Below are positions 40,550-53,947 of a stretch of 64,000 nt of DNA, piece by piece. The stretch comes from Octopus vulgaris (lineage: Eukaryota). The notes beneath the pieces were generated by a model, which was not told where the DNA came from, did no database searches, and was given only the letters and a program-made list of their open reading frames with translations. Made by a program: the position numbers and the translations under genes. Position 1 is the stretch's first letter; each line of letters begins with the position of its first letter. Location: positions 157,170,001-157,234,000 of the forward strand of contig OX597816.1 of the NCBI GenBank assembly GCA_951406725.2, written 5' to 3'.

Positions 40550-42176
40550 CTGAATGGAGTGGGAGCGCTGAATGTGAAGTAAGAGTTTGTTGTAGTTAAG
40601 CAGAATAGATGGGGCGGCAACAGGATAGTCAGTAAAGAATAGTTAGAAAAGGATCTTGAAAATGAAATGTCAAAAGATAAATGAGGGAAGGAAGATGTCA
40701 AAGCTGTAACAGAGAGACGTTTGAGATTAAAATCTCTTCCCTAAAAGTTCGAAGTCTAACAAATGATTATTAGTTTTCAAATCATTAAACTCATTAAACT
40801 GCTAAACACTAACCTTATATACATTGACATCAACTTCACCTCTTTCTCTAAGTCTCTCTTCCTACGTCTCATTCTTCTTTGTACTGCTCTCTTCTGAGTA
40901 TCTCGTTCCCCTTCTCGTTCTTTTTCTTTCTCTCCCAGTGCCTGTATTCACTCTCATCTTTGCTTCTGCCACTGAAGTAGCTACCAAATTCTACAAATTT
41001 AATTCAGTCTTTGCTCCTGACCACACTCTCTATATATTCTTACCCATTCCTTAAACTCAAAATTTCAACCGTTTCAAAATGCTATCAGTTTGTGGTTGTC
41101 GCTTTAATTCTATCTTATCCGGTTCAGTTTTATATTTAGTTTGGAATTTGAAGGATTGCAGCAATCTATTGAACAGTTTTACAATTGTAAGTCATCACCT
41201 GCTAGGTAAATGAAATGGAAACACATTCACATACCTGCACATACCCATACATACATCTGGTTGTTAAACGAAATACAAGCACAAACACATACACATATAC
41301 GTATGCACACACATTATGCATCAGTGTGTGCATGGGTTTGTCTGCGTGTTTATGTATGGGTTATGTATGGATGTGCATTTGTTTACGTAAGCATGATTAT
41401 GAAAATACAACACAAAAAATGTCAGAACTAACAGATACAAAATTTATTTATTTTGTTTATATAACTGAATACACTCCCAGTAAACGATACCTCGAACTAA
41501 AAGTGCATTTCCTTCTCTGGATTTAAACACAGGCTTCCCTTTCGATTTTGATTATTCTTTTCTATTCCAGTCGCTTTCAGTCATTTTCTTAAAAAACATT
41601 TTATTCAACAATTTTATTTACTCAGTTATTTGTTGTTTAGTTTGATGTACTTTTGTAAATATTGTTCTGAAGCCATACTAATATAAAATAAGAAATCCCC
41701 TCACTACGATATAATTCTATAGACTACTTCAGCTAAATACTATTTATTTGTTGATTTCTTTTTCTCAATACACTACGATACTTGACGCAAACTATCTCCT
41801 TTCTTTCCAAAATGGCTGCATATTTTTTCTAATATTTTTTAATACTTCATTCCTTTATATAATAACTTAAATACCCATTCGCCTTTTTTTTGCACTGATT
41901 TCCATACCCTTATTACTATAGAATATTTTTGTTGTTTTCCTTTCTCTTCATTTCCTTCTTCTTTCTTCATTTTCTCCAACTACTGTTACTTTCTTGTAAA
42001 CTTCCTTTTTTACTATGATTGTTTCTTTTATCATTTATTTCTAAGTTTGGTCAAATTTGTGTTTCTTCCGTTTTATTTCTTATTAACCTTTATAATTTAT
42101 ACTTTTGTACTTTGAGCGTTATTTTCTGATCGTTGTTGTTATTCGTTCTTCCGTTCCGTTGGTTCTCTAATTTATT

Positions 42177-42237
<61 letters not shown>

Positions 42238-42341
42238 GTCTTCTCTCTAAACGACGTTCTTTATTTCTTTGTTGTTTTTTCTTGGTTTAGTATTGCTTGC
42301 TTTCCCTTTCTTGATTACGTTCTTCCCCTTCATCCCTATGC

Positions 42342-42451
<110 letters not shown>

Positions 42452-42456
42452 TGTTT

Positions 42457-42490
<34 letters not shown>

Positions 42491-42524
42491 CTTTTAATCC
42501 TCTTCTTTCTTTCCTGGCTCTGTA

Positions 42525-43757
42525 TCAGGTTGAGTAAAAAATAAGCAACGTTTTGAAACATAAACAATTTTACCGGACTTTTGCGGAGCTTTGAATGTTT
42601 TTTTTTTTAACATTTTCTTGCAATTGTCTGATAATACAGACATAGGCTTGCCCAAATGCATCAATAAATTAACATTGGCATTTTTTTCACAGTTGTTTCA
42701 ATCAGCTGAAACAGAACTGCCAAAGCGCGATATTCGAGGAATTTTGCTATTCAACTTCAAAAAAGGACGTAAAGCAGCTGAAACTGATCACGATAACGAC
42801 GAAACGTTTGGTGAGGAAATGACTATTGAGTGGTGAGCTCAGAAATGGTTTAAACGATTTCGCGGTGCTGACTTGAGCCTTGAAGATCATCATTTAAAGA
42901 CCCTCATTGAGAAAGATCCACGTAAAACCACTCGAGAACTGGAAAAGAACTTCAAGTTAACCAGAAAACTGCCTGCAACCATTTGTATACGATCAGAAAA
43001 TCAAAAAAGCTCGACAAATGTGTAACACACGATTTGAATGAAAATCAGAAAATGCGTAGATATGAAATTCGCTCGTCGCTTCTTCTGCGTAACCGGACCG
43101 ATCCATTTCTCGATCGTATTATAACTTGCGATGAAAAGTGGATTCTGTACAATAATATAAAAGAAAAACGTTCTTTGCAGTGGTTGGACCAAAATGAAGC
43201 ACCGAAAATATTCCCTAAACCCGAGCTCTTTAAAAAGAAGTTCATTGTGACTGTTTGGTGATGTACTTAAAACCCGGAAAAACCATTACTACAGAAACAT
43301 ATTGTCATGAAATTACCAAAATGAACGAAAAACTGCTAGTTATCCGTCCCAGACTGATCAACAGAAGAGGGCCAATCATTCTTCATGACAATGCTCTACC
43401 ACACGTTTCATTTATGACGCTCGCTTCAGAAGTTGAGGGACCGTGGCGACCAAGTTCTTCCCCACCCAGCTTATTCCCCAGACCTTTCTTCTACCGACTA
43501 CCACTTTTTCAAGCACCTTGATGGTTTCCTGCGAGAAAATGAGTTAAAAAATCAAACTGATGCTGAAAGTGCATTCAAGGAGTTTATTAGCTCCCAGAAC
43601 TCCAGATTTAAAAATAAAGTTGTAAAAATGTATTGTAAAATGGCAAAAATGTATTGATTATAATGCTACTTACTTTGATGAATAAAATTTCCGAATTTTT
43701 GAAATATATATTGTCATGAATTTTATGTTTCAAAAGGTTGCTTACTTTTTACTCATC

Positions 43758-43761
<4 letters not shown>
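42525..43761 (+). mobile_element. Mariner DNA transposon, full length, decayed transposase
   Basis: TIRs tcaggttgagtaaaaaataagcaac / gttgcttactttttactcatcctga with TA on both sides; ITCDEKW, LHDNA, HPAYSPDLSSTDYHFF. Confidence 0.95.
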
Positions 43762-43820
<59 letters not shown>

Positions 43821-43849
43821 GTATGTATATGTATATATATATATATATG

Positions 43850-43925
<76 letters not shown>

Positions 43926-44458
43926 TGTATGTATGTATACATGGCCACAGCACGTGAGCTGAGACTAGATAAAATAAAAAAATAAAATATATATATACAT
44001 TACAGAAAACAGGAAATGTCGACCGCGGAATAGCTGTGAAAATAGTTTAGAAAATCCGGTAACTAGCCTAAGCAATGCAGGGGGAAAAAGTGGAAAGTAC
44101 AGTGAATAGAACCCTGTACCTCTCCAATTCCTGTTCAGTACATTAAACTAAGTGATCCTTGACAACAGGTACCGTCTTTTATAACGCTAAATAATAGTTC
44201 TTGGAATCTAAGGATATTTTATAGGATAAACTTAGAAGCGCTGAGGGATATGGTATTTTTCAGAAGACTCAGAAAAGATCACCAACACAGAATATCTGTA
44301 AAAACTGAGTCATGGTGCTGTATTCCTCACTGACGGAGCCCAACTAATCCTAATATACTGTGTAGTCGGCGAAATCGAAAATAAACAATGCGCATGCGTG
44401 AAATTAAAAATATAATATGGCAACAATTTACCCATCGCACCCTGTATATATAAATACT

Positions 44459-44838
44459 GTGGAGGCGCAATGGCCCAGTGGTTAGGGCAGCGGACTCACG
44501 GTCATAGGATTGCGGTTTCGATTCCCAGACCGGACGTTGTGTTTTTCGAGCGAAAACACCTAAAAGCTCCACGATGCCCCAGCAGACGTTCGTGGCGAAC
44601 CCTGCTGTACTCTTTCACCACAACGTTCTCTCGCTCTTTATTCCTGTTTGTGTTGTACTTGTATTTCAAAGGGCCGGCCTTGCCACACGCTGTGTTACGC
44701 TGAATCTCTCCGAGAACTACGTTAAGGTTACACCTGTCTGTGGAGTGCCCAGCCATTTGCGCATTAATTTCACGAGCTGGCTGTTCCGTTGATCTGATCA
44801 ACTAGAACCCTCGTCGTCGTAACCGACGGAGTGCCACG
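44459..44838 (+). mobile_element. tRNA-derived SINE, family B
   Basis: gtggaggcgcaatggcccagtggttagg (A box) ... ggtttcgattccc (B box); matches 3655-4018. Confidence 0.9.
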
Positions 44839-45220
44839 AATACATAAGTACTATTATCCTTGTGTATTTCCAGCTTTTCTATCTTTGCTCCGCAATATGA
44901 CCTTCGTTTTCCCATTTCACCAACCTCCATTTTAAGTTTATTTTTGATAATTGTTTTTTCATGTTTTCTTCGGTGTTTTCATAGTCTTTCTTTCTGTTTT
45001 CCACTTGTTTATGATTCCAAGGATTTACCATTTTTTGTCAATATAATCCAATGCCAATACGCATAAACAGTAACATGAAAGTGGTGTTTTCATTTTACTT
45101 TCTTTTTAGATACATTATGACGTACCTCTCTCTTCCCTGTGTAAATAAGATATTCATGTTGCAACGATATTCCCTCTCATACGTTCCGGCAAAAAATATT
45201 CAGCGATATCGTCAGCATCT

Positions 45221-45221
45221 T

Positions 45222-45308
<87 letters not shown>

Positions 45309-45330
45309 GTGGTGGTGGTGGTGATGGTGA

Positions 45331-45399
<69 letters not shown>

Positions 45400-45412
45400 G
45401 TGGTGGTGGTAG
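45221..45412. repeat. (TAG)n/(TGG)n microsatellite
   Basis: Direct reading. Confidence 0.95.
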
Positions 45413-45716
45413 TACACACACACACACACACACTCACACAAACACAACCTATTGAGATTCTCATTCTTTCTGTAGCCTGTTGGCAATGCCATCGAATATT
45501 TTCTCTTCCCGGCTTTTTTGAGGCTTCTCCATTTCAGTTTTCCAGCAGACACCATGTCTTCAACGTTTTGTCTTCTCTTATGATTCCAGTTAACTGAAAT
45601 AATATCTCCTTAACAAAATTCCTAGGGTTTTCTTAGCGTCAACAGACTTGGTCTTTCTCATTACATTCATATAAAATATCTTCAGCTTTCACCTGAATGA
45701 ATACATGCATACAATA

Positions 45717-46136
45717 CAGTTATCACTCACCATATCGCGGTTCCCCTATCGTACTCTCAATACATCGCGGATTTTTCTGGCTAATATATGTAAATTTATA
45801 TCGCAGGTGTCTGCGGCAGAGAAGTATTTACATTACTTTAGATTTTAATTATTTCTGAAGTAAAATAAGCATTTTCACACCTAAAAGTTAATAAACATAA
45901 AATAAGAAAATACGTAGTGTACCGTAGATGAGTAAACAAAGAATAGCACATACTGTATCGAAAATGAAACCTGGGAGGCGAGTGTGTGGTGCTCTGCATT
46001 TATAATAAAATAAATATATACAAATTACAAAAATAATTTTAAAATATATACAGGACAGTACTGTTTCTATTTCGCGGATTTTCACTTATCGCGTGGGTTT
46101 TGGAACGTAATACCCGCGATAGTCGAGGAATTACTG
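45717..46136. mobile_element. pogo/Tigger-like MITE
   Basis: TA-cagttatcactcaccatatcgcgg ... ccgcgatagtcgaggaattactg-TA imperfect TIRs, 420 bp, non-coding. Confidence 0.78.
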
Positions 46137-46389
46137 TATTGAAAATAAGTTGAACTTATGAGAGTATGCAAGGACATAAATGTATGTATATATTATGTAT
46201 GCATGTATGTATGAATGCATTTTTTATGTATGTATGTATGTATGTATGTATGCATGTATGCATGTATGTATGTATGTATGTATGTATGTATGTATGTATG
46301 TATGTATGTATGTAGGTATGTATGTATTTATTTATTATGTATCTATGTATTAATTTTGTATCTATGTAAACTGGCACCCTCACCAGGCT

Positions 46390-46582
46390 ATCCTGAAGAA
46401 GATGTAAAAACAGCCTTTCGTGATTTCATTATCTTTTGCTCTACAGAATTTTTCGCTGCCGGCTTAAATATGCTGCCGATAAAAAGTTGTGTTGATAAAG
46501 TCTTAACTACATTGCTTCTTGCTGATATAAAATAAAACGAACTTTCAGTTCAAAATCGGACATTTCATTTTTAATGACCTTA
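46390..46582 (+). mobile_element. Mariner 3' end fragment
   Basis: EEDVKTAFRDFI..STEFFAAGLNMLP, typical of a mariner C-terminus, followed by TIR-like cggacatttcatttttaatgacct. Confidence 0.6.
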
Positions 46583-46590
46583 TATTTACA

Positions 46591-46643
<53 letters not shown>

Positions 46644-46679
46644 GCATACATATATACACACACACACGCACGCACACAT

Positions 46680-46751
<72 letters not shown>

Positions 46752-46930
46752 AAGGAGAATTCACAAAAAACAAAAGTCGAAGTCAGGTGGTGTAGACAAG
46801 AAACAGATGTATTAGTATAACGCTCGGGAAGTGAAAAAGTCTTTAACGTTTCGAGCCTACGCCCTTTCACAGAAAGGAACACAAAAAGAAACAAGGGGAG
46901 AAAATAAAGAATGTGTAGTGGCTAGCGATC
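46752..46930 (-). mobile_element. Penelope pLTR-like remnant with variant hammerhead (46841-46876), in (TA)n
   Basis: Minus strand cttt-CTGTGAA-aGGGCgtagGCTC-GAAA-CG-TT-aaag; non-canonical core. Confidence 0.62.
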
Positions 46931-47057
46931 TATATATATATATATATGTGTGTGTATGTATGTATGTATGTATGTATGTATGTATGTATGTATGTATGTG
47001 TATATATATATTTATATATAAATATACCTATATATATATTTATATATACACACACAA

Positions 47058-47105
<48 letters not shown>

Positions 47106-47833
47106 AGAGAGAGACACATACATATATAGTACTACACTATATCGATATTCCGTTACGTGTTGCATTTTACTGTGCCCCTCTATACGCATGTACATATGTA
47201 TCTGTGAGTGTATATGTTTGTGTAGGCGTATGTGCATCTGTTTGTGTGCGTGTGTGTTCTAGTATGTATCTGTTTGTGCTTTCTGTGTGTGTGTGTGTAA
47301 ATCAGTTGAATCGCCAGATACAATAAATTATATGACTAAATACGGGTGTGAAGTAATCTCTAATACATTATAACTCAAAGGCTCTAATTTTCAGGCCTCA
47401 GAGTTACCCCTTTCCGTTCACCAATTTTTAAACCGAATTTGGTTTTCTTTACAAATATCCACTGTCTGAATATTTTTTGAAATACAAAATGAAAGTTCGA
47501 AAAATAAACGCAATTTCATGACTTCGCTTGTAACGGAGTTTATGACATTTATATGCAAAGAAAACCCAAAGCGCAAGCTTGAAACAGCTGTTTTCGCACG
47601 TTTCGTTCACAAACGTTTTCAAACAGAAGACCATAAAGATGAGCATTTTTCCAAAATTACATTTCATATTGAAAAACAAATACTCAACAGTGGATATTTC
47701 TAAAGAAACCGAGGCGTGGTTTACCTGCTGACGATGGAAAACCAGTTAAACTGAGTACTGGAAATCAGTATCGGTACCTTTATGTTATAATATAGGTCTA
47801 CAGACATATATCATATATATATATATATATATA

Positions 47834-47877
<44 letters not shown>

Positions 47878-48089
47878 AAATTTAGAGGACTGACCACTAA
47901 AGTGGACAGCCTATATGATAAACATAGACGTCAAATTGCCATTACCACGAAGAATGTGTTCTCAAGAAAAATCTCAGCAAAAAAAAAAACAAAATGTAAA
48001 AGTAAGCAAGACAAATGAAAATATGCGAAATAAAAAACGATTACCGATGTATTATTGGTTTCACTTATTCATAATAACATTTCCTCTAT

Positions 48090-49356
48090 TTCTAATGATG
48101 AAAAGTACAACTACCTCGGAATCGATGAAAATGTTGCATACACTGGTTGCGACTAACGCCAGAACGAAAAAAAATTTGAATACTTCCGTACACTCTGGAA
48201 ACTAGAGACAGACAATTCGTCGACAGACAATTTGCCGACAGACAATTCGCCGACAGACATTTCCCACACGGCCTCAGACACAACACGGAGGCCTACATCA
48301 AGTGCCTGGAGGAGATTATGCTAACTTGGGTCAAGAGGGTGGCTGGTGGAACACCCTGTGTCTGGCAACAGGACTCTGCATCATACCACACAATTGTCCT
48401 GTTTGCAAGTTGTCTGTCGGTCATTTGTCTGTCGGCCAACTGTCTGTCGTCGAATTGCCCGTCTACCGTCTCCATTTAACAAGACCATATCTCACAATGT
48501 TTTTGCAGTGCCAGTGCTAGTGTCAGCGTTTGGGATATTGGAGTGAATACTCGATGAGATACGCATCCAGGAACCAGAAAAGGTGCTGACTACTACTGAC
48601 AGCTTTCACATTAACACCGATAGAATTTATGAGACGAAATTATGACAGTAGAAGCATAAAATCAGTTATTACAGCCTTTGAATGTTGTGTTGTTTCAGAC
48701 AACACCTGCTGAACAGTAAAGAAGGAGATGAGTACATGTCATGTATGCTTAAAAGTGAGAGCAACAACACATTCATAGTTGGAGATCTACTGTGCGACCC
48801 AAAGGAGGCTGGACTGGCCTACCTAAACAGAAGCTTGAGGAAGAAGCAGACATCATACCAGCAAAAAGCATATCATGTAAGCTAGAGGGCAACAACAGCA
48901 TTGACAGGAAGAGTAGCCTTTCCTGAACCTGCAATAGATAGATATATTGCATCCCACCAAGATGAAGTAGTCATTACCATCCAGGAACAAGAGATATCTA
49001 CTAAACACCTGATAAACAAGAAGAATAAATATCGCGCCAAACCTCTACGTTGTGATAAAAAATGTCGGCTCTTCTATACGAGTGTGGAAGATATCACCCA
49101 CATCAGCAGCATCTGACACACGCTGTCTGCAAGGCAGTACTTGCGCCTGAGGCATAATATAGTTTACGAAGACTATTTACAATGCTCTCCGCAGGAAGTA
49201 CTACCCTAGAGTACGCGTATATATCAAAGGCTTATCAGAACCAGCAGGTATTCACACCTTTTAAAATAAGTAATACTGGTGGATGAAACCCAATTCGGAG
49301 CAAACATAACAGGCCTGATATTTTTCTGTGGAACAAGAAACAAAGAGTAATGCACT
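48090..49356 (+). mobile_element. Decayed R4/Dong-like LINE
   Basis: YNYLGIDE, FNK..HNVFAVPVL..FGI, KCRL..VEDITHI, LRHN, HNRPDI. Confidence 0.75.
48197..48473. mobile_element. MITE/foldback-like element with inverted arrays of 15-bp subrepeats, inserted in the LINE
   Basis: (gacaattcgccgaca)x3-4 on the left and its reverse complement x3-4 on the right; ends gga../..tcc. Confidence 0.72.
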
Positions 49357-50280
49357 GTTAGTTAGTTAGTTAGTTAGTTAATTTTTTTGGCTCAAAAAGC
49401 AAAAAGCAAGGCCATGTAGGGGGACATGGAGTTATGTACAGGGTGGTGTTCATGTAAAGAGTTCAGGCCACTTGAGGTCCAGGGAGACTTTGAACAAAGC
49501 GGTCGTCGGCATCTTCACCATCTCGTCTGGCAGCTTGTTCCATGGATCCGCAACCCGGACGGAGAAAGCCCCTCTCCTTCGATTGAGATGAAATCGTCGC
49601 AGATAGAGCTTTTCGGAATGACCCCGCAGCCGACGCTCTGGAGCAGGAGTGAAGAACAGCTCTTTCGAGAGGTTACACTTTCCGCTTATGATGTTTTGAG
49701 CGAGAATGAAATCACCACGGCGGCGGCGTTTTTCTAGAGAAGAAAGGTCGAGCGTCTTCAGCCTTTCTTCATAAGACAAATTCTTGAGACCATGAACCAT
49801 GCGGGTAGCCAGCTTCTGGACTCTTTCGAGATGCTGTATGTATTTGAGGAGATAAGGAGAAGAGGCTTGAATCCCGTACTCCAATGTGGGTCTCACCAGC
49901 GTGACATAGAGCGGTAAGAATATGGCTGCTGTGAGCATTCCGAATGACCGTCGAATCAAGAACAGAATTTCGCGTGCTTTGTTGGCAGCATAGACGCACT
50001 GGGCCGAAGGCGAAAAGGAGAATCCACCAAGATACCCAGGTCCTTTACCTGATCGGTCCTCTCCAGCAGCAGACGACCCGGCTCGAAATCAAGTTGAGTT
50101 GCAGGAGGAGAGCCAACAGGCAGATGACAGCACTTTGACACGTTCAGCACAGGTCCCATTCGTTAGACCACCTCCAAATTTGGTGGAGACATCGACGAAG
50201 ATCCTCTATATCACCGCGAGGAGCGACCAGTTTGACATCGTCGGCAAATAGAAGGGTGTGTTGCGTGAGGTCGAGGTTAT
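49357..50280 (-). mobile_element. 5'-truncated CR1/L2-group LINE
   Basis: LLFADDVKL, KDLGI, VRPTLEYG, LERVQKLATR, LRGH, FSVRV..WNKLP; (TAAC)n tail. Confidence 0.9.
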
Positions 50281-50800
50281 CTGCCCAGTGATATGTATGT
50301 ATAATCAAAAGTCCAGGAAAAATAGAACAGTTATGGTGATTGATATGGAACTTACAGTACATTAGGTTATGTACCCAAAAATTTGCACAAAATCCTTGAA
50401 ATACTCGTTTTCTCAGAGAATGCGGAAAAGAAACTGACGGAGATTCTCAAAATTCAATCTATTGATGTCACAGTCAAGATTTGTAAAATTTGTAAGACAT
50501 TCCAAAAATCCTCCATGTGAGATCCTTATGACAATAGATGCACACATTTGGGTGTGTGCATCGAGAGTTCAACCAACAAACCAATTCAACCACATATTTG
50601 CAAACACCGGGAACTCTCTTAATCCAATAGCGACTGGCTTGAGTTTTCTATCGAGAACTTAAATATGACTTTAAAAAAAAATCATACATACATACATACA
50701 TACATACATACACCAAATCCAACCGCAGATATTTATTCGACCCGGAGATATACCCCAGGTGCCACTTAATGGGACAGACCACAGGACTGCGTAGTGTGCG

Positions 50801-50864
<64 letters not shown>

Positions 50865-51040
50865 TGTGTGTGTGTGTTGTAAGCGTGTTTGTGTTTTGCT
50901 ACTTTTAAAACCTTTGCCTCTGACCAGCATCTATTGTGCTCTGTCTCTTAAAAACCACAATTTGATGGTTATTAAAATTTGTAAGTTTTAATATATTTCT
51001 TACTGCTACTACCACTATACCATATCTATGCCCATTGCTG

Positions 51041-51042
<2 letters not shown>

Positions 51043-51087
<45 letters not shown>

Positions 51088-51125
51088 GATGCTACTTCTG
51101 CTGCTACTACATAAGGAGATGAGAT

Positions 51126-51202
<77 letters not shown>

Positions 51203-51285
51203 ATAGTAGTGCCAGCATTAGTAGTAATAGTGGCAGCGGTACTACTACTGCTACTACTGCTACTACTGTTGTTGCTGTACTACTA
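51043..51285. repeat. (CTA)n / (TAG)n arrays in opposite orientations
   Basis: Direct reading. Confidence 0.9.
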
Positions 51286-52149
51286 ATACCACTCCGATCT
51301 CCATATGCAGATTGTGCCAAACCCACTCCTTATTGTCTGTTATGTGTTCATAGGCTGGGAGATTCTTTTCTCTGATGTTATTAAATTCTGATTATGCAAA
51401 TATGTATAGCGCTCTAAATGAGAGAAGAAATGAAGAATGAGAAATACTTTAACCATAAATTTTAACCAAATGCGAAATGAATTGGCCGTCAATGAACGAC
51501 AGGCGATAATAACCAGAATGACTGACCTACACACACAAGAGAAAGCGATTATATTTAGATACTTCAGATGTATATGCTCTATCTAACAGCTTTACCTAAA
51601 TCCACTTGTATAGGAAATTAATCAGTTATCAGAGGTTAGGTCCCAGAATGATTAGATAAACGAAATTACCAAATTTTGTGAGTTTATGTATGGTTTATAT
51701 GTGCTTTCCAAGCTGCAAGTGTATGTGAGAGTGTGTGTGTGCATATATTCACATACACATATTCACCTATACAGATTCACAGACTCAAACATACGTATTC
51801 AGATACATATAATTAAACGCTTACATACAATTAAATAAACTGAAACAGATATAAGATCTTAGAAACACAGATAAACAAATAAGCCCTGATTTTTTTATTA
51901 TTTTACTTTTTTCTTTGGCATTTATTAATTGACATTGCGCTCTGCACTAAGATGATGGCTTACTGTAATGTATCAGTATACTGAGTTCTAGCGACTGGGT
52001 ATCATAATCACATATGCCTAAGCGGAATCATTATACATTTACATATACATGAGTGTGTGTGTGTGTGCATGTACATAATGTAACTACATGTGAATCGTTG
52101 GCGATTTTGCCCTCCGTCTTCCTTTTCTCTTGGACTTTTCTCTGTCTCG

Positions 52150-52186
52150 TATTTCTGAAGAAGTGCTTTGCTCGAAACGTAACACC
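52150..52186 (+). ncRNA. Minimal hammerhead motif in a second copy (52095-52290) of the 28060 family
   Basis: CTGAAGA-agtgctttgctc-GAAA-CG-TA; flanks homologous to 28085-28225; weak stem I. Confidence 0.6.
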
Positions 52187-52307
52187 ACCTTACTTTCCTT
52201 CCCTGAACGTCTGTTTATACTTTACATGTACCACGTCCACGCGTTGTTGTTTTTATTGTGTTTGTCCTTCGTTTGAGGGGGGAGAGTGGGATTTACCATA
52301 TGTATGT

Positions 52308-52366
<59 letters not shown>

Positions 52367-52519
52367 TTATAAAAGGTAATATTGTCAAGAAGACCCGAAG
52401 GTGTCAGGTAATGTGAGTAAGCGCTATGGACAGACGATAGTTCAGCTCCAGGTTCGGTGTTTATGCGAATGAGGAGTCCAACATAGGTCATATATTAGCA
52501 TACGTATATATAAAAAAAA

Positions 52520-53195
52520 ATCAACAGAATAAGATAAAAATCCAAGGCTGTGAAATATTTCAGAACATTTATAAAGAGAATATCTTACAACTGTTTCCGG
52601 GGGGGATATTTTATATATCCATTCATCGGAGACGGTGTGAGAAAATGGTTAAGCAATAGTTATTCTAGAGAAGATGTGAAATGGAGAGTGAAGTGAAGGA
52701 ATGAAAACAGACGTGAGATATGCAGGGATATTATATCTGAATTTCCATTATTTAAGCAGAATGGTATACATATAATTTGACATATTGACTTCAAAAAACC
52801 CTGGATTCAGTAACACCCTCTACAAACTCTATGCTTGGAATGACCAATTTTAAATAATATTGGAACCTACACACAAAGTACAGGAAACAATGGCGGTGCC
52901 CCAGCATGGCCACAGCTCATTAGCTGAAACTGGAAAAATCAAAATCAAAATCAAATCATGCTTTTCTGCCTAAATAATGGAACTGCAGATACAATATCCG
53001 TGCATATCTCCCGTTTTTCATTCCTCTGCTTCACTCTCTATTTCATATATTCTCTAGACTGACTATTGCTTAATCATTTTCTCACACCGTCTCTGATGAA
53101 GGGATACATAAAATATCTCGGAAACAGCTGTAAGACATTCTCTTTATATATGTTCTGAAAACTCACAGCCTTGGATATTTATCTCATTCTGTTAA
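52520..53195. mobile_element. Palindromic Penelope pLTR-like element, ~240-bp arms, spacer carrying a LINE/SINE-type 3' tail
   Basis: Arms about 52520-52760 and 52960-53195; spacer contains ggcggtgccccagcatggccacagctc..gaaact. Confidence 0.82.
53089..53136 (+). ncRNA. Type I hammerhead ribozyme, intact core
   Basis: gtct-CTGATGA-aGGGATAcataaaaTATCTCg-GAAA-CAGCTG-TA-agac; mirror copy at 52582-52634 on -. Confidence 0.87.
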
Positions 53196-53213
53196 TTGTG
53201 TGTGCGTGTGGAA

Positions 53214-53252
<39 letters not shown>

Positions 53253-53488
53253 CAATTGAGGATAAAATCTTTAAAAGAAATTATCAGTAGTCAGCGTGAA
53301 AAACCTCGTAAGAGAAAAAATCAGTAAATTCTTCCTCTTTGAAAATATTCATTTATATTATATTGAGGGTACTACTATTCGTAGATACCAACACGCTAAG
53401 GGGGACCAATGCGGTCAAAACTACTAAAAATAAACAAAATTTTACCGAATGCAAAACTTCAAACCACATCATTTTAAAAAAGAATTCA

Positions 53489-53554
53489 GTTACATACCAC
53501 ATGTGATTTCGCATTTAAATGCAGAATATGCATTTCTATGTTCATCAGTGCAAC
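53489..53554 (-). ncRNA. Type I hammerhead ribozyme, intact (left arm)
   Basis: Exact reverse complement of 53703-53768. Confidence 0.85.
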
Positions 53555-53702
53555 AAACTCAATTTGTTAACGAAATGCATTGCGAATAAGCCCGCCATTT
53601 TCATAGATATATAAAGATAAACATTCGGACATGCTACGACGAATTCTACGGTTGGCTATCGAGCTTGTAATGTTATGTTTTTCTATTATATTTCTTGAGT
53701 TT

Positions 53703-53768
53703 GTTGCACTGATGAACATAGAAATGCATATTCTGCATTTAAATGCGAAATCACATGTGGTATGTAAC
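53703..53768 (+). ncRNA. Type I hammerhead ribozyme, intact (right arm)
   Basis: gttgca-CTGATGA-aCATagAAATGCAtattcTGCATTTaaATGc-GAAA-TCACATGTGG-TA-tgtaac. Confidence 0.88.
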
Positions 53769-53891
53769 TGAATTCTTTTTTAAAATTATGTGTTTTGGAG
53801 TTTTGCATTCGGTAAAATTTTGTTTATTTTTAGTAGTTTTGACCGCATTGGTCCCTCTTAGCGTGTTGGTATCTACGAATAGTAGTACCCT

Positions 53892-53947
<56 letters not shown>

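Larger units (their letters stand above)
53359..53898. mobile_element. Young palindromic element, ~204-bp near-identical arms, next to (TA)n
   Basis: Arms 53359-53562 and 53695-53898 differ at only a few positions. Confidence 0.92.
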
